Source: Vibrio cholerae ATCC 14035 (lineage in GTDB: Bacteria > Pseudomonadota > Gammaproteobacteria > Enterobacterales > Vibrionaceae). Taken from it: 32,000 nt of DNA. Position numbers and translations under genes: made by a program. Location: the NCBI RefSeq assembly GCF_000621645.1, contig NZ_JHXR01000016.1, forward strand, positions 30,001-62,000, written 5' to 3'. Positions 18,298-27,221 of this stretch are shown here, piece by piece; position 1 is the stretch's first letter; each line of letters opens with the position of its first letter. Under the pieces are notes generated by a model. That model saw nothing but the letters and a program-made list of their open reading frames with translations. It was not told the DNA's origin and searched no databases.

Positions 18298-18329
18298 TAA
18301 AAAAGGGCTAGCCGATGGCTAACCCTTTA
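18298..18329 (-). terminator. Rho-independent terminator of satP
   Basis: The minus-strand RNA reads aaagggttagcc-atc-ggctagcccttt followed by ttttttat. The stem is 10-11 bp with one mismatch. It lies 20 nt after the satP stop. Confidence 0.85.
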
Positions 18330-18349
18330 CATGTTCCCAAATGTTTGAC

Positions 18350-18943
18350 TTATGCAGCAAGCTCTTGCGCTTTCACTGGCTGCACACGTTTTTCGCCGAT
18401 TGGCAGAACAACACGGCCGTATTCATTATTGAGTACTTGTGCCATAGCGAAGTAGATAGCGCTCGCGCCACAGAAGATGCCTTCAAAACCTGCGATAGTA
18501 CCAATCAGCTCGCTACCAGTGAAATCACGAGCAGCCAGCAGAGCAAACAAGATGGTCAGAGAACCAAATACCACTTGTTTCGCCGTTGGGTAGCACAGAG
18601 AACCAATGAACATAAAGCCAGTGAAAATGCCCCACAGAGCCAAGTACCACCCCATGAAAGGCGCAGGGCTTGCAGGCAGTCCCATGTGTGGCATTACGAT
18701 CAAACCAACCAGCGTCAGCCAGAACAGACCGTAAGAAGTAAATGCCGTTGTACCGAAGGTGTCACCACGTTTAAAGCACATGATGCCGACGATAACTTGA
18801 CTCAGACCGCCGTAAAAAATACCCATCGCCAGAATCATTGAGTCGATTGGGAAAAAACCTGCGTTATGGATATTAAGCAGAATGGTGGTCATACCGAAAC
18901 CCATCAGACCGAGTGGTGCTGGGTTGGCTAGCTTAGTTGACAT
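18350..18943 (-). CDS. satP: Succinate-acetate/proton symporter (GPR1/FUN34/YaaH family)
   Basis: 197 aa. The family signature [14 protein letters not shown] is present, and the protein resembles E. coli SatP (YaaH) along its whole length. Confidence 0.92.
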   Translation of the reverse strand: MSTKLANPAPLGLMGFGMTTILLNIHNAGFFPIDSMILAMGIFYGGLSQVIVGIMCFKRGDTFGTTAFTSYGLFWLTLVGLIVMPHMGLPASPAPFMGWYLALWGIFTGFMFIGSLCYPTAKQVVFGSLTILFALLAARDFTGSELIGTIAGFEGIFCGASAIYFAMAQVLNNEYGRVVLPIGEKRVQPVKAQELAA

Positions 18944-19078
18944 GTGAACTTACCTTCAGAGTGTGAATTCAAAAATGTTTGTAAAAATTACGCGCGGATT
19001 TTAATTAACAGGCAGATAAAAGAAAAAAGATCTTATTGGAAACTTAGATTGTTGAAACAGTTAGTTACAGATGCGAGT

Positions 19079-19107
19079 AAAAAATCGCCCAACCTAAGTT
19101 GAGCGAT
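19079..19107 (-). terminator. Rho-independent terminator of the chitinase gene
   Basis: The minus-strand RNA reads atcgctcaac-ttag-gttgggcgat followed by tttttt: a 10-bp stem with one G-U pair. It lies 27 nt after the stop. Confidence 0.85.
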
Positions 19108-19133
19108 GAAATAAACACTTTTAATACAACAAC

Positions 19134-20837
19134 TTAGCAGGACACCTTATCCCAGAACCAGTTAGATTGAGTAGGTGACTCCCAAACGCCTGGACTGTTC
19201 TTAGTAATAAAGCATTGGCCGTTATAGGTCACTTTATCGCCGTTCGAGACCTTAGTGACTCCAGGTTGCCACACAATGGCATCCGTAGGGGCTGGCTCTG
19301 TCGGCGGCACTGGTGTTGGCTCCGATGGTGGTACAGGTTCAGTGGGAGGTACTGGCTCGCTTGGCGTTGGCTCAGTTGGTGGTGTTGGCTCACCAGAAAC
19401 TAACGCCCAAGGCCCGCCTTTAGAAGGTTCATCACCTTGTGTCCACCATTTAGCTTGGTAAACCGCACCTTTATAACTGACCTTGTCACCTGAGTTATAA
19501 ACCTTACCCACTTCCCACGCAGGGGCACCACCTACAGGTGGATCTGTCGGATCGGTAGGTAATGGATCAAGTTTTTCCACTACACGAACTTTTGGCCAGC
19601 TCGCATGTGAACCATACAGATTAGTCACACACTTCTCATAATCCCCTTCCACCAAAGCAGAATACGCGGTTTGGAACCCCACCAACTCACATTCAAATGA
19701 GTAGCCACCCGGACGATCTGGATAATATTTCCAGTTACCATCCCAGTTTGTGTAAAGCACATCGGTCGCACCATTGAGGTTAAGGCTGCCGTAAGGCAGT
19801 TGCTGCCAGCAGGTATTCTTCTCATCAGCTTCAATAGGGATTTGATAATGCGCCGCTAAGCCTTCCCAATAACGAATACGGTTAACCGGCTGCCCTTTAT
19901 CTTTGTTTTGCTCCCCGCACTCAATACCACCATTGATGATATTGATCGTGGTGCCGAAACCGTAACCAATCCCTGCATCAATTTCACGCTGTGAAGGCAC
20001 CCAAGTACGATCAATCACATGCAACATGGCAGGTTTTGGTGCTTGTGGCGTGAGGAAGAACCAGATTGCAGACGCAAGGTTCAACCACGAATCAGCCACT
20101 AAACCGGGGTTGTTCAACAATACTGTTGCATCACCATCAAACATAGCCTCGGAGAAAGCGCCGTAGTTAAAGTGGTAAGAAAGCTGTTTTGCTCCACGGC
20201 CAAAGTAACCTTGCCCAGTAGCACAAGGCCACTTCTTGTTCTGCCAGTCATTTTGACCACACCCCGTGGTATAACCTTCTTGACCTTCAGACCAGCCCAT
20301 TTCACGCACATGCACCAGCGCTTGTTGCCACTCTTCCAGCGCTAATGGGTTATCAGAAATGTTGTCCTTCGCGATGTGTCCACCAGTTTCCTGAGCAAAG
20401 TGAGCAAAAGCGGTCACGATCGATTTTTTACAAATCGCGTCAGAATTGCGGCCATCGGTATACTCGGCACAAAATGCCGGGAATTTGCCAATCGCACGCA
20501 AGAAACGGGTATAAGTGTATTCAGGTGCCGCCATGTGAGTGAGGAAATTCCACTCAGACTCAGGAAATACGCGTTCAACCCGTTTCACGTTATCAGGGTT
20601 TGTCGCCAGTCCCGGCTCGATCGCATCAACAATCGCATTGGCGCGGGTCGCTAAGGCATTTGACCAAATGGCATACATAGGATTGGCGGTTTTGGCTTGT
20701 TCTGCTGCGGCAATATCCGCTTTAGCCACCAAATATCCACCAGGATTTTGTGGATCAGGCTGAATATTCATCGCCGCTTGCGCAGGCAATGCACACGCCA
20801 TGGCCACCCACCATGCGGTATGTTTGAGTTTAAACAT
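19134..20837 (-). CDS. Secreted glycoside hydrolase family 19 chitinase with two C-terminal CBM5/12 chitin-binding modules
   Basis: GH19 signatures [11 protein letters not shown] and [16 protein letters not shown] are present. There are two CBM5/12-like modules ([31 protein letters not shown] and [33 protein letters not shown]), separated by a Pro/Thr/Glu linker. The signal peptide is [21 protein letters not shown]. The track start at 20858 is a TTG. The ATG at 20837 has a GAGGGA Shine-Dalgarno. Confidence 0.88.
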   Translation of the reverse strand: MFKLKHTAWWVAMACALPAQAAMNIQPDPQNPGGYLVAKADIAAAEQAKTANPMYAIWSNALATRANAIVDAIEPGLATNPDNVKRVERVFPESEWNFLTHMAAPEYTYTRFLRAIGKFPAFCAEYTDGRNSDAICKKSIVTAFAHFAQETGGHIAKDNISDNPLALEEWQQALVHVREMGWSEGQEGYTTGCGQNDWQNKKWPCATGQGYFGRGAKQLSYHFNYGAFSEAMFDGDATVLLNNPGLVADSWLNLASAIWFFLTPQAPKPAMLHVIDRTWVPSQREIDAGIGYGFGTTINIINGGIECGEQNKDKGQPVNRIRYWEGLAAHYQIPIEADEKNTCWQQLPYGSLNLNGATDVLYTNWDGNWKYYPDRPGGYSFECELVGFQTAYSALVEGDYEKCVTNLYGSHASWPKVRVVEKLDPLPTDPTDPPVGGAPAWEVGKVYNSGDKVSYKGAVYQAKWWTQGDEPSKGGPWALVSGEPTPPTEPTPSEPVPPTEPVPPSEPTPVPPTEPAPTDAIVWQPGVTKVSNGDKVTYNGQCFITKNSPGVWESPTQSNWFWDKVSC

Positions 20838-21023
20838 GGATAAAAGTCCCTCTCTCAACTTGGAAATCCATTTGAGAGTAGGCTTATTGATAACTAATTT
20901 AATAGTGAAAAATAAGAAAAAAGCCAGAATTGCGAGCCATTTCCAGCCGATGTAAATCGTACGCTTGCGGTCTACATCAAGACTTTGAACGGAAATACAA
21001 AAACAACAGATTCTCTTGTAAAA

Positions 21024-21054
21024 GAAAAAACCTCAGGCTATGCCTGAGGTTTTA
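21024..21054 (-). terminator. Rho-independent terminator of guaA, with a bidirectional shape
   Basis: cctcaggc-tat-gcctgagg is flanked by aaaaaaa on one side and tttta on the other. The minus-strand RNA ends in ttttttctttt. It lies 40 nt after the guaA stop. Confidence 0.9.
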
Positions 21055-21093
21055 TATGATTAATCCGGAATATTCATCCGCATTATTAAGTAG

Positions 21094-22647
21094 TTATTCC
21101 CACTCAATGGTCGCTGGTGGCTTACCTGAGATGTCATACACTACGCGAGAAATGCCATTCACTTCGTTGATAATGCGGTTGGAAACCTTACCCAAGAACT
21201 CATAAGGTAGATGTGCCCAATGTGCGGTCATAAAGTCGATGGTTTCGACTGCGCGCAATGACACAACCCAATCGTACTTACGGCCATCGCCCATGACACC
21301 AACTGAACGCACTGGCAAGAACACAGTAAAGGCTTGAGAAACTTTGTTGTACAGATCCGCTGCGTGCAGCTCTTCAATAAAGATTGCATCTGCACGACGC
21401 AATAAATCACAGTACTCTTTCTTCACTTCACCCAGTACACGCACACCAAGGCCTGGGCCTGGGAATGGGTGGCGGTAAAGCATGTTGTAAGGTAAACCAA
21501 GCTCAAGGCCAATCTTGCGCACTTCATCTTTAAACAGTTCACGCAGTGGCTCAACCAAGCCCATTTTCATGTCATCAGGTAAACCGCCCACGTTGTGGTG
21601 CGATTTGATCACATGCGCTTTACCGGTTTTTGAAGCGGCAGATTCAATCACATCTGGATAGATGGTGCCTTGCGCCAACCATTTTGCGTTGCTGAGTTTT
21701 TTCGATTCTTCATCAAATACTTCAACAAACACACGGCCGATGGTTTTGCGTTTTGCTTCAGGCTCATCAATGCCTTCTAGCGCTTTTAGGAAGCGCTCTT
21801 CTGCATCGACTTTAATGATGTTGAGGCCAAATTTATCACCAAACATCTCCATCACTTGCTCGCCTTCGTTTAAACGAAGTAGTCCGTTGTCCACGAACAC
21901 ACAAGTGAGCTTACTTCCAATCGCACGGTGAACCAGCATGGCAACCACAGAAGAATCGACACCGCCCGACAGGCCAAGGATCACTTCATCGTTACCCACT
22001 TGTTCTTTGATGCGAGCAACCGCATCTTCGATGATGGATTCAGACGTCCACAGACGCTCACAGCCACACACGCCCAGAACAAAGTTCTCCAGCATCTGTA
22101 AACCGTTTTTGGTGTGTGTCACTTCGGGGTGGAACTGCACGCCGTAGTATTTCTTCTCTTCATTGGCCATCGCAGCGTATGGGCAGGTATCGGTCTCACC
22201 GATTTTCACGAAATCCGCTGGGATTTCGACCACTTTGTCACCGTGGCTCATCCAAACGTCTTGCGTGAGATCGAGATCTTTAAATAGCGCCGATTCGCCA
22301 GAAATTTTTACCTGAGCATAACCAAATTCACGCTCATCAGAAGTCGCAACACGGCCTCCTAACTGCTCAGCCATGGTCTGCATGCCGTAGCAAACACCAA
22401 AGACAGGCACACCACTGTCAAACACATATTGCGGGGCACGTGGTGAATTAGCTTCGGTCACGCTTTCAGGTCCCCCCGAAAGAATAATGCCGTCAGGATT
22501 GAATTCGCGAATGTCCGCCTCTTCTACATCCCAGCTCCACAGCTCACAGTACACACCGATCTCGCGCACGCGACGGGCTACTAGCTGGGTATATTGAGAT
22601 CCGAAATCGAGGATCAGAATTCGTTGGTCATGAATATTTTTAGTCAT
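21094..22647 (-). CDS. guaA: GMP synthase (glutamine-hydrolysing)
   Basis: 517 aa. It has a GATase domain (GVCYGMQ), the ATP-PPase P-loop LSGGVDSS, and the conserved C-terminus PPATIEWE. Confidence 0.98.
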   Translation of the reverse strand: MTKNIHDQRILILDFGSQYTQLVARRVREIGVYCELWSWDVEEADIREFNPDGIILSGGPESVTEANSPRAPQYVFDSGVPVFGVCYGMQTMAEQLGGRVATSDEREFGYAQVKISGESALFKDLDLTQDVWMSHGDKVVEIPADFVKIGETDTCPYAAMANEEKKYYGVQFHPEVTHTKNGLQMLENFVLGVCGCERLWTSESIIEDAVARIKEQVGNDEVILGLSGGVDSSVVAMLVHRAIGSKLTCVFVDNGLLRLNEGEQVMEMFGDKFGLNIIKVDAEERFLKALEGIDEPEAKRKTIGRVFVEVFDEESKKLSNAKWLAQGTIYPDVIESAASKTGKAHVIKSHHNVGGLPDDMKMGLVEPLRELFKDEVRKIGLELGLPYNMLYRHPFPGPGLGVRVLGEVKKEYCDLLRRADAIFIEELHAADLYNKVSQAFTVFLPVRSVGVMGDGRKYDWVVSLRAVETIDFMTAHWAHLPYEFLGKVSNRIINEVNGISRVVYDISGKPPATIEWE

Positions 22648-22753
22648 TGTTTAGCAGTCTTATCAGCCGAGAATTAATACGGGGGATTCTTCAACGGAGG
22701 CGAGTCTACTCGCCTCACATTCACTCATCAAGCATTTAAGCAAACGTTTACGC

Positions 22754-24217
22754 TTAACCCAGACGGTAGTTTGGTGCTTCTTTAGTGATCTGCACGTCAT
22801 GTACGTGAGACTCTTTCATACCCGCACCAGAAATGCGTACAAATTGAGCTTTAGTACGCAGATCTTCTACTGTGGCTGAGCCAGTCAGCCCCATACAAGA
22901 GCGTAGGCCGCCCATTTGTTGGTGGATAATCTCTTTCAGATGGCCTTTATAAGCGATACGGCCTTCGATGCCTTCTGGAACCAGCTTGTCTGCCGCGTTA
23001 TCGGTTTGGAAGTAACGATCTGATGAACCTTTTGACATCGCACCCAGTGAACCCATTCCACGGTAGGCTTTGTAAGAGCGGCCTTGGTAAAGGATCACTT
23101 CACCTGGGGCTTCTTCAGTACCAGCAAACATTGAGCCAACCATAACGCAAGAAGCCCCCGCCGCAATCGCTTTCGAAATGTCGCCAGAGAAACGAATACC
23201 GCCATCAGCAATAACAGGAATACCGTACTCGTTAGCCACACCCGCTGCATCAGCAATAGCAGTAATTTGTGGAACGCCCACGCCTGTGACAATGCGCGTG
23301 GTACAGATTGAGCCAGGACCGATACCGACTTTCACTGCGCTTACGCCCGCTTCAATAAGTGCGCGTGCACCTTCAGCTGTCGCCACGTTACCACCAATGA
23401 TTTCAAGGTGTGGATAAGCTGCGCGAGTTTCGCGAATACGCTGTAAAACCCCTTCGGAGTGGCCATGAGAAGAGTCGATCAGTAGAACGTCAACCCCGGC
23501 TTCAACCAGAGCTTTAACACGCTCTTCGTTACCCGGTGCTGCACCGACAGCGGCACCAACACGCAGACGGCCTTGCTCATCTTTACACGCATTTGGCTTG
23601 CTTTCGGCTTTGTGGAAATCTTTCGCGGTGATCATGCCTTTGAGTTGGAACTCATCATTCACCACCAGAATTTTTTCAACACGCGCTTTGTGCATTTTTT
23701 CTTGCACTTCTGCACCCGTTGCACCTTCTTTGACTGTCGCGAGGCGCTCTTTTGGCGTCATCACAGCAGCCACAGATTTGGTGAGATCAGTAACGAAGCG
23801 AACGTCACGGCCAGTGATTATACCAACCAGTTCATTGTTTTCAGTGACAACAGGGAAACCCGCAAAACCGTGGTAATGGGTAAGTTCCATAACATCAGCA
23901 ATGGTTTGTTCTGGACGGACAGTGACAGGGTGAGTCACCACACCCGCTTCAAAGATTTTCACTTGGTGAACTTGAGCCGCTTGCTGTTCAATCGACATAT
24001 TCTTGTGAATAAAGCCAATGCCGCCTTCTTGAGCCAGAGCGATCGCAAGACGTGCTTCCGTAACAGTATCCATAGACGCAGAAACCATAGGGATGTTCAG
24101 CGCAATATTTTTGGTTAACCGAGTGCGAAGATCGGCAGTGTTTGGAAGAACGGTGGAATGAGCAGGGACGAGTAAAACATCGTCAAAGGTTAGAGCTTCT
24201 TTTGCGATTCGTAGCAT
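22754..24217 (-). CDS. guaB: IMP dehydrogenase
   Basis: The protein is near-identical in pattern to E. coli GuaB, starting [18 protein letters not shown]. It has a CBS pair and the catalytic loop [11 protein letters not shown]. The track start at 24223 is a TTG, and the ATG at 24217 is the homologous start. Confidence 0.98.
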   Translation of the reverse strand: MLRIAKEALTFDDVLLVPAHSTVLPNTADLRTRLTKNIALNIPMVSASMDTVTEARLAIALAQEGGIGFIHKNMSIEQQAAQVHQVKIFEAGVVTHPVTVRPEQTIADVMELTHYHGFAGFPVVTENNELVGIITGRDVRFVTDLTKSVAAVMTPKERLATVKEGATGAEVQEKMHKARVEKILVVNDEFQLKGMITAKDFHKAESKPNACKDEQGRLRVGAAVGAAPGNEERVKALVEAGVDVLLIDSSHGHSEGVLQRIRETRAAYPHLEIIGGNVATAEGARALIEAGVSAVKVGIGPGSICTTRIVTGVGVPQITAIADAAGVANEYGIPVIADGGIRFSGDISKAIAAGASCVMVGSMFAGTEEAPGEVILYQGRSYKAYRGMGSLGAMSKGSSDRYFQTDNAADKLVPEGIEGRIAYKGHLKEIIHQQMGGLRSCMGLTGSATVEDLRTKAQFVRISGAGMKESHVHDVQITKEAPNYRLG

Positions 24218-24307
24218 GTGCAATATCTCACAACAGGAGTGTTAACAACGGAAATCCACTTCATCGTTTCGCGTAACAAAGGGATTTATATTTGATATTG
24301 CGGACGG

Positions 24308-24360
24308 ATTATACGCCCGAGGCAATCGGTTGACTACACATTTTTTCATTTTTTATTTGC
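24308..24360 (-). promoter_or_regulatory. Candidate guaB promoter with an A/T-rich UP-like element and a GC-rich discriminator
   Basis: The minus strand reads aaataaaaaatgaaaaaatgtg - TAGTCA - 17 nt - TATAAT - ccgtccgc. The perfect -10 is at 24313-24308 and the -35-like hexamer at 24336-24331. An A/T tract at 24341-24360 lies upstream. Confidence 0.5.
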
Positions 24361-24424
24361 ATTTCACCCCTTGATATGTATTATATTGCGGCTAATTTCC
24401 ATACCCACGTCTGAGGAATCAGCG

Positions 24425-25765
24425 TTGTCTTCTTCTCTCGCCAATCGAAATATCTACACCGTTTCCCGTTTAAATTCTGAAGTTCGTTTATTACTGGAAA
24501 ATGAAATGGGGATCGTCTGGTTGGTGGGTGAAATTTCCAACTTCTCCGCTCCCGTCTCTGGTCACTGGTATCTCACTTTAAAAGACAGCCAAGCGCAGGT
24601 TAAATGCGCTATGTTCAAAGGCAATAACCGTCTGGTGAATTTCAAACCGCAAAATGGTCAGCAAGTATTAGTTAAAGCTCGACTTTCTCTTTACGAACCG
24701 CGCGGTGACTACCAAATTATTCTTGAAAGCATGCAACCGGAAGGGGATGGCCGTCTGCAGCAGCAGTTTGAACAACTGAAGATGCAGCTCGCCGCCGAAG
24801 GTTTGTTTGCTCAGACACGTAAAAAACCATTGCCGGAAAATCCACGCTGCGTGGGGATTATCACCTCACGGACTGGCGCGGCTTTGCACGATATTTTGCA
24901 CGTGCTTAAGCGCCGTGACCCGAATCTGCCTGTAGTGATCTACCCCACTCTCGTACAAGGTGAAGAGGCAGCTATTCAAATCGCCCAAGCGATTGGTCGT
25001 GCGAATACACGCGCCGAGTGCGATGTGTTGATAGTAGGTCGTGGTGGTGGCTCTTTGGAAGATTTGTGGTGTTTTAACCATGAAATCGTGGCACGTACTA
25101 TCGCTGCGAGTGAAATCCCAATTATCAGTGCTGTAGGCCATGAAATCGATGTGACGATCGCTGACTTTGTCGCCGATGTGCGTGCCCCTACCCCATCAGC
25201 AGCGGCGGAATTGGTCAGCCGTGATCATCGCCATAAACAGCAAGCACTCCATCAATGGCAAGCCAAACTGGCTAGCACCATGCGCCATTATTTGGCGCAG
25301 CAAGAGACGCAATTTGCCCGTTTACAGCACAAGCTTGATAAACAGCATCCTCAAGCTCGTTTAGAGCGCCAGCAGCAGCAACTTGATGAGCTCAGCCTGC
25401 GTCTTGAGCAAAAGATGCAGCAACGTCTGGCAACTCAGCAGCAACGCTGGGATCGCTTAAGCCATAAGATCGAGCTCCATTCGCCCATTCACTTGATCCG
25501 CCAGCAGCGTTTTAATCTGATCCAGCAAGAGCAGCGAATAAATCAGTCGATCCAACGCTATTTGATCCAATCACGCCATCAACTCGCTTTGTTGAGTGAA
25601 AAGTTGGATGCGGTCAGCCCTCTTGCAGCCTTAGCCCGTGGCTATTCGGTGACACGTACCACACAAGGTGAGTTAGTGCGCCAAAGCGCGCAAGTGAAAC
25701 CGGGTGACACTTTAGTCACCCAGTTAATGGATGGTGAGATTCTCTCTACTGTGAATTCCCGTTAA
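24425..25765 (+). CDS. xseA: Exodeoxyribonuclease VII large subunit
   Basis: The protein matches E. coli XseA from [20 protein letters not shown] onward. The track ORF starts at a TTG (24371) inside the promoter region. The TTG at 24425 is preceded by GAGGA (24413-24417) at 7-nt spacing, and no in-frame ATG occurs before the conserved region. This gives 446 aa. Confidence 0.9.
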   Translation: MSSSLANRNIYTVSRLNSEVRLLLENEMGIVWLVGEISNFSAPVSGHWYLTLKDSQAQVKCAMFKGNNRLVNFKPQNGQQVLVKARLSLYEPRGDYQIILESMQPEGDGRLQQQFEQLKMQLAAEGLFAQTRKKPLPENPRCVGIITSRTGAALHDILHVLKRRDPNLPVVIYPTLVQGEEAAIQIAQAIGRANTRAECDVLIVGRGGGSLEDLWCFNHEIVARTIAASEIPIISAVGHEIDVTIADFVADVRAPTPSAAAELVSRDHRHKQQALHQWQAKLASTMRHYLAQQETQFARLQHKLDKQHPQARLERQQQQLDELSLRLEQKMQQRLATQQQRWDRLSHKIELHSPIHLIRQQRFNLIQQEQRINQSIQRYLIQSRHQLALLSEKLDAVSPLAALARGYSVTRTTQGELVRQSAQVKPGDTLVTQLMDGEILSTVNSR

Positions 25766-25979
25766 GCGGTTGGAAGACAAAACGGATTTTGGATTTCGAT
25801 TTCAGCTCATTACACTGATTACAGAAATAATTCGCCGCACCACAAGCCTGTAGCTTTTCTAATTCACTGCCACACTCAGGGCAAAATCCGACTTTACGGT
25901 AATCTACCGTACAAGCGCTGCAGTGGTACTGACCTGTCCATTCTAATTCTTGGCCACATGTTGGACATGGGTTGTCCAT
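25746..25979 (-). CDS. yfgJ: Small zinc-ribbon protein, YfgJ (DUF1407) family
   Basis: 77 aa with four CxxC pairs (CPTCG, CSAC, CPECG, CNQC), like E. coli YfgJ. An AAGGAGAG Shine-Dalgarno lies upstream. The syntenic position next to xseA and der is conserved. The 3' end overlaps xseA by 20 nt. Confidence 0.85.
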   Translation of the reverse strand: MDNPCPTCGQELEWTGQYHCSACTVDYRKVGFCPECGSELEKLQACGAANYFCNQCNELKSKSKIRFVFQPLNGNSQ

Positions 25980-26283
25980 AGCACTCTCCTTATCATTTTG
26001 CGTTGTATCACATAATTCATCGAGATGGGATCCGACGCCATGATCTTTATCACGCCTACTCAGATCGATGCGACTTAATTAACCAATAACTGATACTCTT
26101 TTAAGCAGGATCCTAACCGGATCTTCTGCTCAAAAGGTTTTGATCAGCGATCTGCCATGAAAAGAACTTTTATATAACCACCCACCGAAAGCATAAGTTA
26201 CATATTCTGCATTTCAATTTTAAAAAGAATAAAAATCTAAAAACAAAACCATTTAAGACTTAAGACAGAATATAGTAAAAAGA
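25980..26283. other. crtS: Non-coding GATC-dense, AT-rich interval; candidate crtS (chromosome-2 replication-triggering, RctB-binding site)
   Basis: The interval is 304 bp with no credible ORF. GATC sites start at 26029, 26042, 26063, 26109, 26120, 26142 and 26149, which is 7 in 124 bp. They include two GGATCC sites and one TGATCA. A-tract-rich DNA follows at 26160-26283. The position between the alaX-like gene and yfgJ, just beyond der, matches my recollection of where crtS was mapped on V. cholerae Chr1. Confidence 0.6.
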
Positions 26284-27168
26284 TCACTCAGATTCTGAGG
26301 GCTGCGCGCAAGTGACTGCCTCAATATGCTGTTCATCGACTTGTTTCAGTGTCACTTGGATCGACTGAAAGGCGGTTAAACCCTTGCAGTGTGTGCCTCC
26401 ACAAGGAATTCGTGCGATATTGGCTTCATGTAAGTCACATTCCCAATAACGTGAATCGGTCAAGGTTGAGCCCGTGCACTCAAGACGAATTGGGCTGGCT
26501 AAAGCTAGCCACTGCGCAAGCTGTTCATTAGTCTTTTGTTCTATAAAACTTAAATCTCTCAGCACATCATCACTATTTAAACCTCGCTTACGCAGTGTTT
26601 TCCCCAAACGATAGACATCGGTTGAACAATCAGGAGTAACATCACTTGAGATTTGGGCATAGCTGTTGAAGTCAAAATAACCCTGCGGGTCTTTACGCTC
26701 TGCATCTTTACGCCAATACCCCTGTGCTAAGACTTTATTGAGCGCTAAATAACCTAAATGCCCTGCGCTATGACCTCGGCTTAAACTTGCTTGATATTGG
26801 GTATCGACTTGCAACTGAACCTTATCGCCCACTTGGCATGCGGCTATGACTTCGCCAAGACGATGAACGACCACAAAGAGCCAGCCGCTCTCTTCACGTT
26901 TTACGGGGATATTATTTCCAACGTACAAATGACCCGAGGCTTGTTCAATCGCCCCCACGACACAGTCAGTGACGGCATACTCACTACCTTGCCAAATTAA
27001 GATTCCACGGTCAGCAGGATGATCGGGCCAAATATGACTGACAGGGTGAAAAGGCGTACTGTAGGTGACAATATCCATTCCATTTTGATGAGTCTGAAGC
27101 AACATCACTTGAGTCTCTAGTGATGTAATTCCTTGTGGAAAGGTGACTTCTGTTGCGCAATAGGTCAT
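26284..27168 (-). CDS. Stand-alone alanyl/threonyl-tRNA synthetase editing-domain (AlaX-like, COG2872-type) metal-dependent hydrolase
   Basis: The editing-domain zinc motifs HxxxH (GHSAGHLGYLAL) and CxxxH (PCGGTHCKG) are present. The N-terminal segment TPFHPVSHIWPDHPADRG is AlaX-like. The track start at 27201 is a TTG inside the der terminator. The ATG at 27168 has a GAAGGAGAG Shine-Dalgarno. 294 aa. Confidence 0.8.
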   Translation of the reverse strand: MTYCATEVTFPQGITSLETQVMLLQTHQNGMDIVTYSTPFHPVSHIWPDHPADRGILIWQGSEYAVTDCVVGAIEQASGHLYVGNNIPVKREESGWLFVVVHRLGEVIAACQVGDKVQLQVDTQYQASLSRGHSAGHLGYLALNKVLAQGYWRKDAERKDPQGYFDFNSYAQISSDVTPDCSTDVYRLGKTLRKRGLNSDDVLRDLSFIEQKTNEQLAQWLALASPIRLECTGSTLTDSRYWECDLHEANIARIPCGGTHCKGLTAFQSIQVTLKQVDEQHIEAVTCAQPSESE

Positions 27169-27189
27169 GCATCTCTCTCCTTCAGAGAC

Positions 27190-27216
27190 AAAAAAGCCCA
27201 AGTAAACTTGGGCTTT
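27190..27216 (-). terminator. Rho-independent terminator of der
   Basis: The minus-strand RNA reads aaagcccaag-uuua-cuugggcuuu followed by uuug: a perfect 10-bp stem starting 6 nt after the der stop. The alaX-like ribosome-binding site begins directly after the U-run. Confidence 0.85.
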
Positions 27217-27221
27217 ATAAA

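Noticed and set aside
19290-19400. Imperfect tandem DNA repeats (ggtggt/ggctc periodicity) as a possible VNTR or CRISPR-like array
   Set aside because: They lie in frame inside the chitinase gene and encode its Pro/Thr/Glu linker. The units are short and degenerate with no spacers. They are reported under the chitinase finding.
22697-22716. 8-bp hairpin gaggcgag-tcta-ctcgcctc in the guaB-guaA spacer as an internal terminator
   Set aside because: The stem is short, with no U-run on the transcribed (minus) strand. guaBA is a known operon. At most it is a minor RNA-stabilising or processing structure.
23573-24118. 181-aa + strand ORF, and other long antisense ORFs in the track (for example 18341-18841, 8018-8359, 11019-11363, 28191-28601, 29286-29630, 2454-2777, 3005-3304)
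   Set aside because: Each lies entirely antisense inside a strongly conserved, confidently identified gene (guaB, satP, viuC, viuP, der, bamB or the symporter). Their sequences are low-complexity or Arg/His/Ser-rich with no recognisable motifs or ribosome-binding sites. They are shadow ORFs.
24253-24287. PurR box and DnaA box in the guaB leader, as in E. coli guaB
   Set aside because: cgtttcgcgt resembles only one half of the PurR operator ACGCAAACGTTTGCGT and has an extra base. aaatccact matches 6 of 9 positions of TTATCCACA. Both are too weak to call without binding data.
25980-26283. Csr-type or other sRNA gene in the yfgJ/alaX-like intergenic region
   Set aside because: Only three GGA motifs are present, all of them part of GGATC. 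No promoter-plus-terminator pair brackets a plausible sRNA, and no U-run terminator occurs on either strand. A DNA-level function fits the GATC clustering better.
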